Origin: Syntrophaceae bacterium
GTDB lineage: Bacteria; Desulfobacterota; Syntrophia; Syntrophales; Smithellaceae
DNA: 64,000 nucleotides
NCBI GenBank assembly: GCA_018436925.1
Contig: JAHDKI010000006.1
Coordinates: 68,692 to 132,691, forward strand
Reading direction: 5' to 3'
This document shows positions 7,470 to 15,937 of the stretch, in pieces. The notes below the pieces were generated by a model. That model was not told where the DNA came from. It saw only the letters and a program-made list of their open reading frames with translations, and did no database searches. Made by a program: the position numbers and the translations under genes. Position 1 is the first letter of the stretch. Every line of letters starts with the position of its first letter.

Positions 7470-9011
7470 ATGCCGTTTGACGAACTGCTGAAGGATTTGC
7501 AAATCCGGAGGGAAAAGGCTCTCGCCCAGGGCGGAGCCGACAAAATTAAAAAACAGCACGACAAGGGCCGCCTGACGGCGCGCGAGCGCATCGCGCGCCT
7601 CCTGGATGAAAATTCGTTTATGGAGTTGGGCGCTTTATGCGCCTCCGATATTCCCGGCATGGAAGATAAAACGCCGGCCGACGGGCTGGTGCTGGGCTAC
7701 GGATTGGTCGAAGGCAGGCGCGTCGGGATTTTCGCCAACGACTTTACGGTGCTGGCCGGATCGAGCGCCACCATCAACAACAAGAAGATGGGGATCTTCA
7801 AAAACCAGCTCTATGCGTATGGTTTTCCGATGATCTGGCTTGGCGAAGCCGGCGGCCAGCGCATTCCCGATCTGCAGGATTCCGGGCGCATGCTGTTTCA
7901 CGGCGTCGGCTCCGACGCGGCGCGGGCCGGCTACAGCCATTTTCGTCAGGTTCCTTACGTGATGGCGGCGATGGGCGACTGCCACGGCGTGCCTGACTGG
8001 CAGGCGTGTCTGGCGGATTTTACCCTTATTGTCAAAGGCGCCTCCATTGCCGTATCCGGCCCCCGAGCGCTGGGCAAAGCCATCGGCCAGCAGCACAGCG
8101 CCGAAGAAATGGGCGGCTGGCAGGTTCACGCCGTGCATACCGGCATGGCCGATCAGGTGGCGGAAAATGAGGAAGACGCTTTTCGCCTGATCAGGACCTA
8201 TCTGGACTACATGCCGTCGAACAACCGGGAACTCGCGCCCAAACGCCCTGTTCCCGGCGGATCGGATGACCGCATTCAAAAAATTCTGGACATTCTTCCT
8301 GAAAAACGAACGCGCGCCTACGACATGCACAAGATTCTCGCCTGCATCGTGGACGGCGGGCAGTATCTGGAATTCAAACCCTCCTTCGGGAAAATGCTGA
8401 TTACCGCTTTGGCGCGCGTGGGCGGCGAGACCGTCGGCTTTATCGCGAGCAATCCCATCGTCAACGCCGGCGCTACCGATACGGACGCGCTGGAGAAATC
8501 CACCAGCTTTATGTGTCATTGCGACTCGTTCAACATTCCACTGGTCTTTCTGGTGGACACGCCCGGGCACCTGACCGGCCTGGAGGCGGAGCTAAAACGC
8601 GTAGGCGCGAAGGTGGTCAACAATCTCCAGGCGCTGTTTCAGGTGACGGTTCCCAAAATCACGATTCTCATCCGCAAAGGCTACGGCCAGGCGATGGTCA
8701 ACATGTGCGCAGCCGGGGCGGGCGCGGATTTTCTGGTGGCCTGGCCCACGGCTGAAATCAGCTTCATGGACCCACATGTCGGCGCGGACATCGTCTTCGG
8801 AAGCCTTCCGGAAGCCGAGCGCGAAAAGCTGGTGGAGAAAATGATGGCGGATTCTTCGCCATATCCGGCCGCTCGCGCATACGGCATTTCGGATGTCATC
8901 CATCCCTGCGACACGCGCGCTTATCTGATCAACATTTTGGGCATTATCCGGGAGTCGAAAACGAAAGGCATGAGCCGGCATCTTCTGGCGGGCTGGCCGA
9001 CCAAGTTCTAA
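7470..9011 (+). CDS. acyl-CoA carboxylase carboxyltransferase (beta) subunit family protein
   Basis: 513 aa with crotonase-like carboxyl-transferase N and C domains (GGADKIKKQHDKGRLTARERI..., FANDFTVLAGS, GEAGGQRIPD, FLVDTPG). No biotin-carrier partner is present in the window. Confidence 0.85.
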   Translation: MPFDELLKDLQIRREKALAQGGADKIKKQHDKGRLTARERIARLLDENSFMELGALCASDIPGMEDKTPADGLVLGYGLVEGRRVGIFANDFTVLAGSSATINNKKMGIFKNQLYAYGFPMIWLGEAGGQRIPDLQDSGRMLFHGVGSDAARAGYSHFRQVPYVMAAMGDCHGVPDWQACLADFTLIVKGASIAVSGPRALGKAIGQQHSAEEMGGWQVHAVHTGMADQVAENEEDAFRLIRTYLDYMPSNNRELAPKRPVPGGSDDRIQKILDILPEKRTRAYDMHKILACIVDGGQYLEFKPSFGKMLITALARVGGETVGFIASNPIVNAGATDTDALEKSTSFMCHCDSFNIPLVFLVDTPGHLTGLEAELKRVGAKVVNNLQALFQVTVPKITILIRKGYGQAMVNMCAAGAGADFLVAWPTAEISFMDPHVGADIVFGSLPEAEREKLVEKMMADSSPYPAARAYGISDVIHPCDTRAYLINILGIIRESKTKGMSRHLLAGWPTKF

Positions 9012-9029
9012 ACTAGAAGGAGGGGTCAT

Positions 9030-9986
9030 ATGACGGCGCAAACCGGTTTAAAAGCGGTGGACAAGGTTGAAATCTGGACGCTTCAGGACAACTACATCGA
9101 AATGACCGCGATGGACAACAATGCCGTCGTCACACGGGCGATGGCGATCAAAGACGGTGAAATCAAGGCGTCCATTCTGGCGGAGCACGGTTTTTCGGCG
9201 CTTGTCAAAACAACGGCGGAGGGCAAAACGCACTCGCTGCTTTTCGACTTCGGTTTTTCTGAAGACGGAGCGGCCCGGAATGCGGAGAGTCTCGGTTTGG
9301 ATATGCGCGAGGTCGAAGCCGCAGTGCTCTCCCACGGTCACAGCGACCACACCGGCGCGATGAAAGCTTTCGGTCGGATGATCGGCAAGACCAACCTGCC
9401 CCTTGTGCTTCACCCGACGGCTTTCAAAGCCCCCCGTTATCTGAAGCTGGGCGAAGAGCTCAAGTTCTATTTCCCGAAGGTGACGCGAGAGATGGTTAAA
9501 GACGCGGGCTTCGATCCGGTAGAAACCGAAACCCCCTACCCTCTTTTTGACAATACGATCCTGTTTTTAGGCGGCATTCCCCGCCGGACCGAATTTGAAA
9601 AAGGCTTTCCCATCGCCCATCGTCTGGAAAAAGGCAAGGAAGTCTGGGATGCCATTGAAGACGACACGTCGGTGGTGATGAATTTGAAAAACAAGGGCCT
9701 GGTGATTTTATCCGGCTGTGCGCACGCCGGGATTGTCAATACGGTGCAATACGCCATAGACGTCACGGGTGTCGCTTCAGTGCATGCGATCATGGGCGGT
9801 TTTCACCTGTCCGGACCTTTTTTTGAACCGATCATCGACCGCACCGCCGAAGAGCTGCATAAATTTCAACCGGCTTATGTGATTCCGACACACTGCACCG
9901 GCCGCAAGGCAATCATGGAAATTGAGAAGAAGATGCCTGAACAGTTTATATTGAATATGGCGGGGACAAAGCTTACGTTTGCATAA
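9030..9986 (+). CDS. MBL-fold metallo-hydrolase (COG1237-like)
   Basis: Shows the HGHSDHTG metal-binding motif, SGCAHAG and GGFHL. Paralog of 39946-40698. Confidence 0.8.
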   Translation: MTAQTGLKAVDKVEIWTLQDNYIEMTAMDNNAVVTRAMAIKDGEIKASILAEHGFSALVKTTAEGKTHSLLFDFGFSEDGAARNAESLGLDMREVEAAVLSHGHSDHTGAMKAFGRMIGKTNLPLVLHPTAFKAPRYLKLGEELKFYFPKVTREMVKDAGFDPVETETPYPLFDNTILFLGGIPRRTEFEKGFPIAHRLEKGKEVWDAIEDDTSVVMNLKNKGLVILSGCAHAGIVNTVQYAIDVTGVASVHAIMGGFHLSGPFFEPIIDRTAEELHKFQPAYVIPTHCTGRKAIMEIEKKMPEQFILNMAGTKLTFA

Positions 9987-10009
9987 GGATCAAGGATCAA
10001 GGTTCAAGT

Positions 10010-10034
10010 CCCCCTTTCTTAAAGGGGGATTTTT
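10010..10034 (+). terminator. rho-independent terminator
   Basis: CCCCCTTT-CTT-AAAGGGGG hairpin (10010-10028) followed by a T5 tract. Confidence 0.75.
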
Positions 10035-10103
10035 CACGCGAGAATGGAAGAGTCAATCGCCACCTAAATCTTCTAGAAGCGACTCATATGAAAAGGAGCA
10101 TCA

Positions 10104-10577
10104 ATGGAGAAAAAAGCATTTCAGGATTATTACCCGGAAGATTTAAGCCATTGTTACGGCTGCGGCAGGTTAAACGATAAAGGCCTGCAAATTAAAAGTT
10201 TCTGGGACGCAGAAGAATCCGTCTGCGTTTATACGCCCAGGGATTACCATACCGCCATTCCCGGCTTTGTGTACGGCGGGCTCATTGCTTCGCTGATCGA
10301 CTGCCACTCGACCGGCACAGCCGCTGCGGCTAAATACCGGGCGGAGGGCCGGGATATGGATTCTGATCCGCCCATCCGCTTCGTGACCGCTTCTTTGCAT
10401 GTGGACTATCTTCTGCCGACGCCGATGGGTGTTGCACTTGAAGTCCGGGGAAAGGTCAAGCTGATCAAGGGCCGCCGCGTGGTTGTTGAGGCGCGCCTGA
10501 TGGCCGAAGGAAAAGTCTACGCGCAAGGCGAGGTGGTGGCCGTCCAGATGCCGGAGCACATGCGTCCGGAAAAGTAA
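10104..10577 (+). CDS. PaaI/hotdog-fold thioesterase with N-terminal CxxC element
   Basis: Shows HCYGCG, then the hotdog core GFVYGGLIASLIDCHS. 157 aa with a good RBS. Confidence 0.75.
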   Translation: MEKKAFQDYYPEDLSHCYGCGRLNDKGLQIKSFWDAEESVCVYTPRDYHTAIPGFVYGGLIASLIDCHSTGTAAAAKYRAEGRDMDSDPPIRFVTASLHVDYLLPTPMGVALEVRGKVKLIKGRRVVVEARLMAEGKVYAQGEVVAVQMPEHMRPEK

Positions 10578-10604
10578 ATTTATTTAAACGGGAACCGATC
10601 TGTC

Positions 10605-11429
10605 ATGATGAACAAAGCCATTAAAACCTTCTACTTCAGCGCCACCGGAACAACAAAGAAGATCGCGCAGGCCGTTGCCGGAGAGCTGGCAAGGCGCTTT
10701 GGCGGCCAATCGGTTGTTCATGTCGATTTCACACTGCCGGAGGGCAGAAAAGAACCCGCCTCTTTTTCCGGACAGGATATTGTCGTGGCCGGCGTTCCGG
10801 TTTACGCGGGCCGGGTTCCCAATGTCTTATTGAAATATTTAAATACCATCCAGGGTAACGGCGCGCTGGCCGTTGCCCTGGTCGTTTACGGAAATCGCCA
10901 TTTTGACGACGCGCTCGTCGAATGGCAGGATATCCTGAGCTCAAGGGGTTTTCAAGTCGTTGCCGGCGGCGCTTTTATCGGCGAGCATGCCTTTTCTCGA
11001 ACGCTGGGGCAAAACAGGCCCGACGCACAGGATATAGCGCGTGCGGCGGACTTTTCCGGACGCGTTTATGCCAAGCTTAAAGCATCTCCCGACGATTTCA
11101 AAACCATCTGCGTTCCGGGAAACCGACCCTACCAACCCTATTACCGGCCCAAGGATAAAGACGGCAATCCGGTTGCCTTCCACAAGGTGATCCCCCAAAC
11201 CAGTGCCGACTGCATCTCCTGCGGCCTGTGCGCAAGTCTTTGTCCGATGGGGTCCATTGATGTCGAGGACGAATCCACAATCACAGGCATCTGCATCAAA
11301 TGCTGCGCTTGCGTAAAAAACTGCCCGGTGGAGGCGAAAAATTTTGATGACGAAATTTTTCTGCGGCACAAGCAGGAACTTGAGCTTGCCTTTACATCCC
11401 CCCGCCGCGAACCGGAATTTTTTTTATAA
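10605..11429 (+). CDS. flavodoxin-like domain plus 2x[4Fe-4S] ferredoxin protein (EFR1-like)
   Basis: The N-terminal FYFSATGTTKKIA motif is flavodoxin-like. The C-terminal motifs are CISCGLCASLCP and CIKCCACVKNCP. Confidence 0.7.
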   Translation: MMNKAIKTFYFSATGTTKKIAQAVAGELARRFGGQSVVHVDFTLPEGRKEPASFSGQDIVVAGVPVYAGRVPNVLLKYLNTIQGNGALAVALVVYGNRHFDDALVEWQDILSSRGFQVVAGGAFIGEHAFSRTLGQNRPDAQDIARAADFSGRVYAKLKASPDDFKTICVPGNRPYQPYYRPKDKDGNPVAFHKVIPQTSADCISCGLCASLCPMGSIDVEDESTITGICIKCCACVKNCPVEAKNFDDEIFLRHKQELELAFTSPRREPEFFL

Positions 11430-11507
11430 ATAACCCCCGCATTGATATAGATCAATGCGCGAATAAGTTCTCTCTGATAGGTTGCCGCCCAAAAGGAGAA
11501 AAACCCG

Positions 11508-12458
11508 ATGAGCGAGCGTTTAAGGAATTTCCCGATTTCATTTTTTGCCGTGGTGATGGGGCTTGCTGGCGCAACCATTGCCTGGCAGCGCGCGGAAGCG
11601 CTTTTGTCCTGGCCGGACGCCGTCAGTACGGCCCTGCTTGTCATCACGGCGGCGATCTTTTTGGCGATTTTTTCTATTTATACCGCTAAACTTGTAAAAT
11701 ATCGTGAAGAAATAAAAATTGAGTTTAAAAACATCACCAAGCTTTCTTTTTTCCCGACGATCTCCATCAGTCTGCTATTGCTTGGTATCGCATCAATGGG
11801 GCTGTATCCCGGTCTGTCAAATCTTCTTTGGATCGTTGGAACCGCGGTTCATTTCTGCTTCAGCGTAGCGGTTATATCCATCTGGATTCGTCATCCTTCG
11901 CTGGAAATCAATGCCATCAGTCCGGCATGGTTTATTCCCGTGGTCGGCAATATTTTGGTGCCGGTGGCCGGTGTGGCCTATGCGTCTGTTGAGCTTTCGT
12001 GGTTTTTCTTCAGCATCGGCCTGGTTTTCTGGGTGGCCCTTTTTACGATTCTTTTATACCGCCTGATTTTTCACCATCCGCTGCCGGAACGGCTTTTGCC
12101 GACCCTGTTTATTCTGATCGCCCCGCCCGCAGTCGGGTTTATCGCGTATGTAAAAATGACGGGGGCGGTCGACGGCCCGTCCCGATTGCTATACTATTTC
12201 GGGTTGTTCGTTTTTGTTTTGATGATTCCGCAGCTTAAAATGCTATCCCGGATCAAATATTACCTGTCCTGGTGGGCCTATACATTTCCGCTGGCGGCGT
12301 TGACAATTTCCACGATTCTCATGTATCATCACATTCACCTCGGGTTTTTCAAATATCTCGCCCTGGTTTTGCTGGCGCTCCTTTCGTGTGTTGTGTTGAT
12401 GCTTGCCTTTATGACGCTTGCAGCCGTTAAGAACAAAAAAATCTGCATCGAAGATTGA
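11508..12458 (+). CDS. TehA/SLAC1/Mae1 (TDT) family anion channel/transporter
   Basis: About 10 hydrophobic helices. The start MSERLRNFPISFFAVVMGLAG is typical of the TehA family. AAGGAG RBS. Confidence 0.75.
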   Translation: MSERLRNFPISFFAVVMGLAGATIAWQRAEALLSWPDAVSTALLVITAAIFLAIFSIYTAKLVKYREEIKIEFKNITKLSFFPTISISLLLLGIASMGLYPGLSNLLWIVGTAVHFCFSVAVISIWIRHPSLEINAISPAWFIPVVGNILVPVAGVAYASVELSWFFFSIGLVFWVALFTILLYRLIFHHPLPERLLPTLFILIAPPAVGFIAYVKMTGAVDGPSRLLYYFGLFVFVLMIPQLKMLSRIKYYLSWWAYTFPLAALTISTILMYHHIHLGFFKYLALVLLALLSCVVLMLAFMTLAAVKNKKICIED

Positions 12459-12497
12459 TCAGTATTTTCATATTTCCCAAATTGTGAAGGAGCATTT

Positions 12498-14198
12498 ATG
12501 AACGAAAAAAGAAAGATACTCGTGATCGGCGGGTCGGCCGCCGGTCCCAAAGCCGCCGCCAAAGCCAGACGCATCGATAACGATGCGCAAGTGATGATTA
12601 TCCAGAAAGACGCGGACCTTTCCATGGCATCTTGCGGATATCCTTACTACGTCGGGGGGTTTTTCGACGACCGCAATCAGCTTTTGTGCACGCCGGCGGG
12701 TGTTGTGCGAAACCCCATGTTCTATTTGAATGCCAAAGACATCGAAGCGCGGGTCCATACCGAAGTCACAGCCGTTGACCGGAAGAACAAAACGCTATCG
12801 TTTAAAAACCTGGCCAGCGGGGAGACCGGCACCCTGCCCTACGATAAGCTCATTATCGCCACCGGCGCCGTACCCCGCATGCCGCCCGTTCCCGGCGTGG
12901 AGCTTTCCGGCATCACCACGCTGCAATCCATGAAAGACGCGGATTTTCTGCGCAAGGTGCGTGACGAAGGCAAAATTAAAAAAGCTGTTGTTATCGGTGG
13001 AGGGTTGATCGGCATTGAAACCTGCGAAGCGTTGCAACTGGCGGGCATTGAAATCACCGTCATCGAACTTCTTCCGCAGCTGCTGACCTTCCTCGACTGG
13101 GAACTGGCCAAGCTGGTGGAAAATCATGTCCGGAGCAAAGGGGCCAACGTCATTACGGATAACGGCATTGCCGCCTTTTTGGGCGAAAACGGCAAGCTCA
13201 CCGGCGTCAAGCTGCAAAACGGCACGGAACTGCCCTGCGAATTGGCGGTGGTGGCCATCGGTGTGCGTCCCAATGTGAAGCTGGCCAAAGAAGCAGGTTT
13301 GAAAATCGGCGAGTTAGGCGGAATCGACGTCAATGAATACATGCAGACCTCCGACCCGGATATCTATGCCGTAGGCGACTGCGTGGAAAGCGTCAACCGT
13401 ATTACGGGAAAGAAGGTGCACGCGCCTTACGGCGACCTGGCCAATCTTCAGGGGCGTGTGGCGGGCGAAAACGCCGCTTCAACCAATTGCGTAACCTTTC
13501 CCGGAACGATTCAAACCGGCATCTGCAAAGTGTTCGATTACGCCGCCGGCTCCACCGGTCTTTCCGAAACGATGGCCAGAAAGCTTGGCTACACCGATAT
13601 CGTGACCGTCATCAACGCCAGTCCCGACAAACCCGGCTTTATGGAAGGCAAGCTCCTGGTGACGAAACTGACCGCAGACGCGAAAACCGGCCGCGTACTG
13701 GGCGCGCAGTGCATCGGGCCTGGCAACGTCGCCAAACAAATTGCACAGTGGGCCATGGCCATACAGGGCAAGCTGACGGTTGAGGATCTGATCAATGCCG
13801 ATCTGCCTTATGCGCCGCCGTTTTCACTGGCTATCGATCATTTCGTCGCCACGGCGCATCTGATGCAAAACAAAATGAAAGGCCGGCTCAAGGGCATCAG
13901 TTGCCACCAGGTGCATCTCAAGATTCTGGCCGGAGAAAAACCTTTCCTGATTGACACGCGCGGCCCCGAGGAATTCGAGGAGATGCGCCTGGGCATCGGC
14001 GAGACGCTGATCCCGCTAGGCGCGATCCGCAAACGTCTCGGAGAACTGCCCCAAGACAAAAACAAAGAAATCATCTGCTACTGCAAGATTTCGCTGCGCG
14101 GCTACGAAGCGGCGCTGGCGCTAGAAGGCAACGGCTGGAAAAACGTGAAGGTGATGGAAGGCGGCATCATGGCCTGGCCCTATCCGAGGGAGAAATAG
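12498..14198 (+). CDS. CoA-disulfide/persulfide reductase-like FAD oxidoreductase with C-terminal rhodanese domain
   Basis: Shows the VIGGSAAG dinucleotide fold, the redox Cys in SMASCGYPYY, a second GGGLIG fold and the rhodanese tail IICYCKISLRG. Confidence 0.85.
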   Translation: MNEKRKILVIGGSAAGPKAAAKARRIDNDAQVMIIQKDADLSMASCGYPYYVGGFFDDRNQLLCTPAGVVRNPMFYLNAKDIEARVHTEVTAVDRKNKTLSFKNLASGETGTLPYDKLIIATGAVPRMPPVPGVELSGITTLQSMKDADFLRKVRDEGKIKKAVVIGGGLIGIETCEALQLAGIEITVIELLPQLLTFLDWELAKLVENHVRSKGANVITDNGIAAFLGENGKLTGVKLQNGTELPCELAVVAIGVRPNVKLAKEAGLKIGELGGIDVNEYMQTSDPDIYAVGDCVESVNRITGKKVHAPYGDLANLQGRVAGENAASTNCVTFPGTIQTGICKVFDYAAGSTGLSETMARKLGYTDIVTVINASPDKPGFMEGKLLVTKLTADAKTGRVLGAQCIGPGNVAKQIAQWAMAIQGKLTVEDLINADLPYAPPFSLAIDHFVATAHLMQNKMKGRLKGISCHQVHLKILAGEKPFLIDTRGPEEFEEMRLGIGETLIPLGAIRKRLGELPQDKNKEIICYCKISLRGYEAALALEGNGWKNVKVMEGGIMAWPYPREK

Positions 14199-14200
14199 CG

Positions 14201-14467
14201 ATGACACAGACATCCGATCCGGATTCCAATGCAATTTCTTCCGACATGATCCTGCTGGACATTTTGTCGCACTGGCCCGCAACGGAGCCGGTATTCCGGC
14301 GCTATGACGAACAGGCGGGGGTTTGCATCTGTTGCAACTGCCTGTTCGATACGGTAACGGATGTCGCGGCGAAATATTCCCTCGATTCCGATGTCTTTCT
14401 TTCCGAAATCCAAAAGGCGGCGGGAGGAAATCCCGCCGCATCCGATCAGACACAGCGGCAGAAATAA
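14201..14467 (+). CDS. DUF1858 / hybrid-cluster-protein-associated redox disulfide domain protein
   Basis: ILLDILSHWPATEPVFRRY...GVCICCNC...TV.DVAAKYSLD matches my recollection of this small domain. Confidence 0.65.
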   Translation: MTQTSDPDSNAISSDMILLDILSHWPATEPVFRRYDEQAGVCICCNCLFDTVTDVAAKYSLDSDVFLSEIQKAAGGNPAASDQTQRQK

Positions 14468-14509
14468 CGCTTTGTAAAAAACCTTAACGCAAGAAAGGAG
14501 GTTCACAGT

Positions 14510-15235
14510 ATGGCTGAGGAAATTAAGGCCGGCTGCGCCCGCCCCACCGGCGGACCGGTCGGAGAAAAACCAAAAGCGAAAAAGGAAACCCCGCAAGAAC
14601 CGATCATTCAGGAGGGAAAAAGTATGGTCACCGTCGGTAAGAAAGCGCCGGACTTCGCGGCGCCCGCGTATCATAAAGGAAAATTCATCAATGTGAATTT
14701 ATCTGACTATCTGGGCAAGTGGGTCGTGCTGTGCTTCTATCCCGGCGATTTCACCTTTGTCTGAGCCACCGAAATCTCGTCGGTCGGCGAGAAATATCCC
14801 GAGTTTAAAAAATTAGGCGTTGAAGTCCTTTCTATGAGCGTGGACAGCGTTTTCGTCCACAAAATGTGGGACGATCATGAACTGTCCAAAATGGTCAAAG
14901 GCGGCATTCCCTTCCCGATGCTTTCTGACGGAGGCGGCAAGGTGGGCAGCGTTTTCGGCGTCTATCTTGAAGACGCGGGTGTTGAGGCTCGTGGACGGTT
15001 TATCATCGATCCCGACGGGATCATTCAAGGCTTTGAAGTCCTCACCCCGCCGGTGGGCCGAAATGTCATGGAAAGCATCCGTCAGATTCAGGCCTTCCAG
15101 CATGTGCGCAAGACCAAGGGCGCCGAAGCGACGCCATCCGGCTGGAAGCCCGGAAAACTGACCCTCAAACCCGGCCCCGATCTGGTGGGCAAGGTCTGGG
15201 AAGTCTGGAAAACGAAAATGGCGTTTGATGATTAA
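14510..15235 (+). CDS. 2-Cys-type (AhpC/Prx1-like) peroxiredoxin with in-frame UGA (selenocysteine) at the peroxidatic position
   Basis: Track ORFs 14510-14764 and 14834-15235 are in the same frame. Read through the TGA at 14762-14764, the sequence is [16 protein letters not shown]...[10 protein letters not shown], against the canonical FTFVCPTE. A SECIS-like hairpin follows. An alternative start at 14624 also has an RBS. Confidence 0.8.
14776..14791 (+). promoter_or_regulatory. SECIS-like hairpin for UGA 14762
   Basis: CUCGUC-GGUC-GGCGAG: a 6-bp stem with one GU pair and a GGUC loop, which as I recall it is the same apical loop as in E. coli fdhF SECIS. The loop lies 21-24 nt from the U of UGA. 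Confidence 0.6.
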
Positions 15236-15306
15236 CCTCCTTTAAGAGACCAGCGGCGGGCGGAGGATTTCGGGCCGTCCGCCGTAAAAACATTAAGGAG
15301 AATACT

Positions 15307-15852
15307 ATGCATATCAAGAAACCGATTTACGTTTTACTTCTTTTATTGATTTTATCGGCCTGCGCGGGGGCGGAGGTCAAAACCGATGCGATCCCTGCCG
15401 GTCAAAAAGCCTTGGATTTCACGCTGCCGGATCAAAGCGGAAAGATGTGGACGCTAAGCGAAACGCTCAAAGATTACAACGCCGTCGTTGTGGCCTTTTA
15501 TCCCAAGGACGACACCGGCGCCTGAATACGCCAGTTTGTTGAGTTTCAACAAAACATCGCAAAATACGAAGCAAGAAAAATCAAAATCCTGGGGCTCTCG
15601 CGCGATTCGGCCGAATCGCACCGCAAATTCATCGCCAAACACGCTTTGAACAACATGACGCTGCTCGTCGATGAAAAAGGCAAAATCGCCAAGCTCTATG
15701 ACGCAGACCACTGGATCCTGCCGCTTTCGAAGCGCGTGTATCTGATCATCGATCAGAAGATGAATGTCATCTACCGCAAAGATATGGGCTTTGCGCTTCT
15801 TCCCGATCAGACGCAAACGCTTCTGGGCGAAATCGACCGTCATTTGAAGTAA
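15307..15852 (+). CDS. Bcp/thiol-peroxidase-like peroxiredoxin lipoprotein with in-frame UGA (selenocysteine) at the catalytic position
   Basis: ORFs 15307-15525 and 15646-15852 share a frame. Read-through of the TGA at 15523-15525 gives AFYPKDDTGA-U-IRQF, against the canonical FYPKDxTPGCT. The N-terminus has a signal peptide and lipobox (LLILSAC). Confidence 0.75.
15535..15553 (+). promoter_or_regulatory. SECIS-like hairpin for UGA 15523
   Basis: UUUGUUGA-GUU-UCAACAAA: a perfect 8-bp stem with G and U in the loop, 21-23 nt from the U of UGA. Confidence 0.55.
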
Positions 15853-15895
15853 TCTCGGATCGAAGGATACGCTGCGCTTTGACCCGCGTTGAACG

Positions 15896-15928
15896 GATCG
15901 GCCGGAGCCGCTTCGGTTCCGGCCGATC
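15896..15928. terminator. bidirectional hairpin between convergent genes
   Basis: GATCGGCCGGA-N11-TCCGGCCGATC, a perfect 11-bp stem, lies between the bcp-like (+) and plsC (-) 3' ends. There is no clear U-tract. Confidence 0.5.
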
Positions 15929-15937
15929 AGAACGACA

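Noticed and set aside
7635-8570. Long antisense ORFs opposite well-supported genes. Examples: 7635-8570 (-), 25286-26125 (-), 38225-39535 (-), 53256-54188 (-), 54047-55129 (-), 55363-56313 (-), 20144-20869 (-), 899-1327 (-).
   Set aside because: Their Arg/Gly/His-rich, low-complexity translations are typical of shadow frames in GC-rich coding DNA. In every case the opposite strand carries clear family motifs.
9984-10014. TAAGGATC-AAGGATC-AAGGTTC-AAGTCC heptamer repeats followed by GGTTCAAGTCC, which resembles a tRNA T-loop (possible tRNA fragment or att site).
   Set aside because: No acceptor or anticodon arms can be drawn. The CCCCC run pairs with the downstream GGGGG as an ordinary terminator. 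No integrase is nearby. The three heptamers are too short to interpret.
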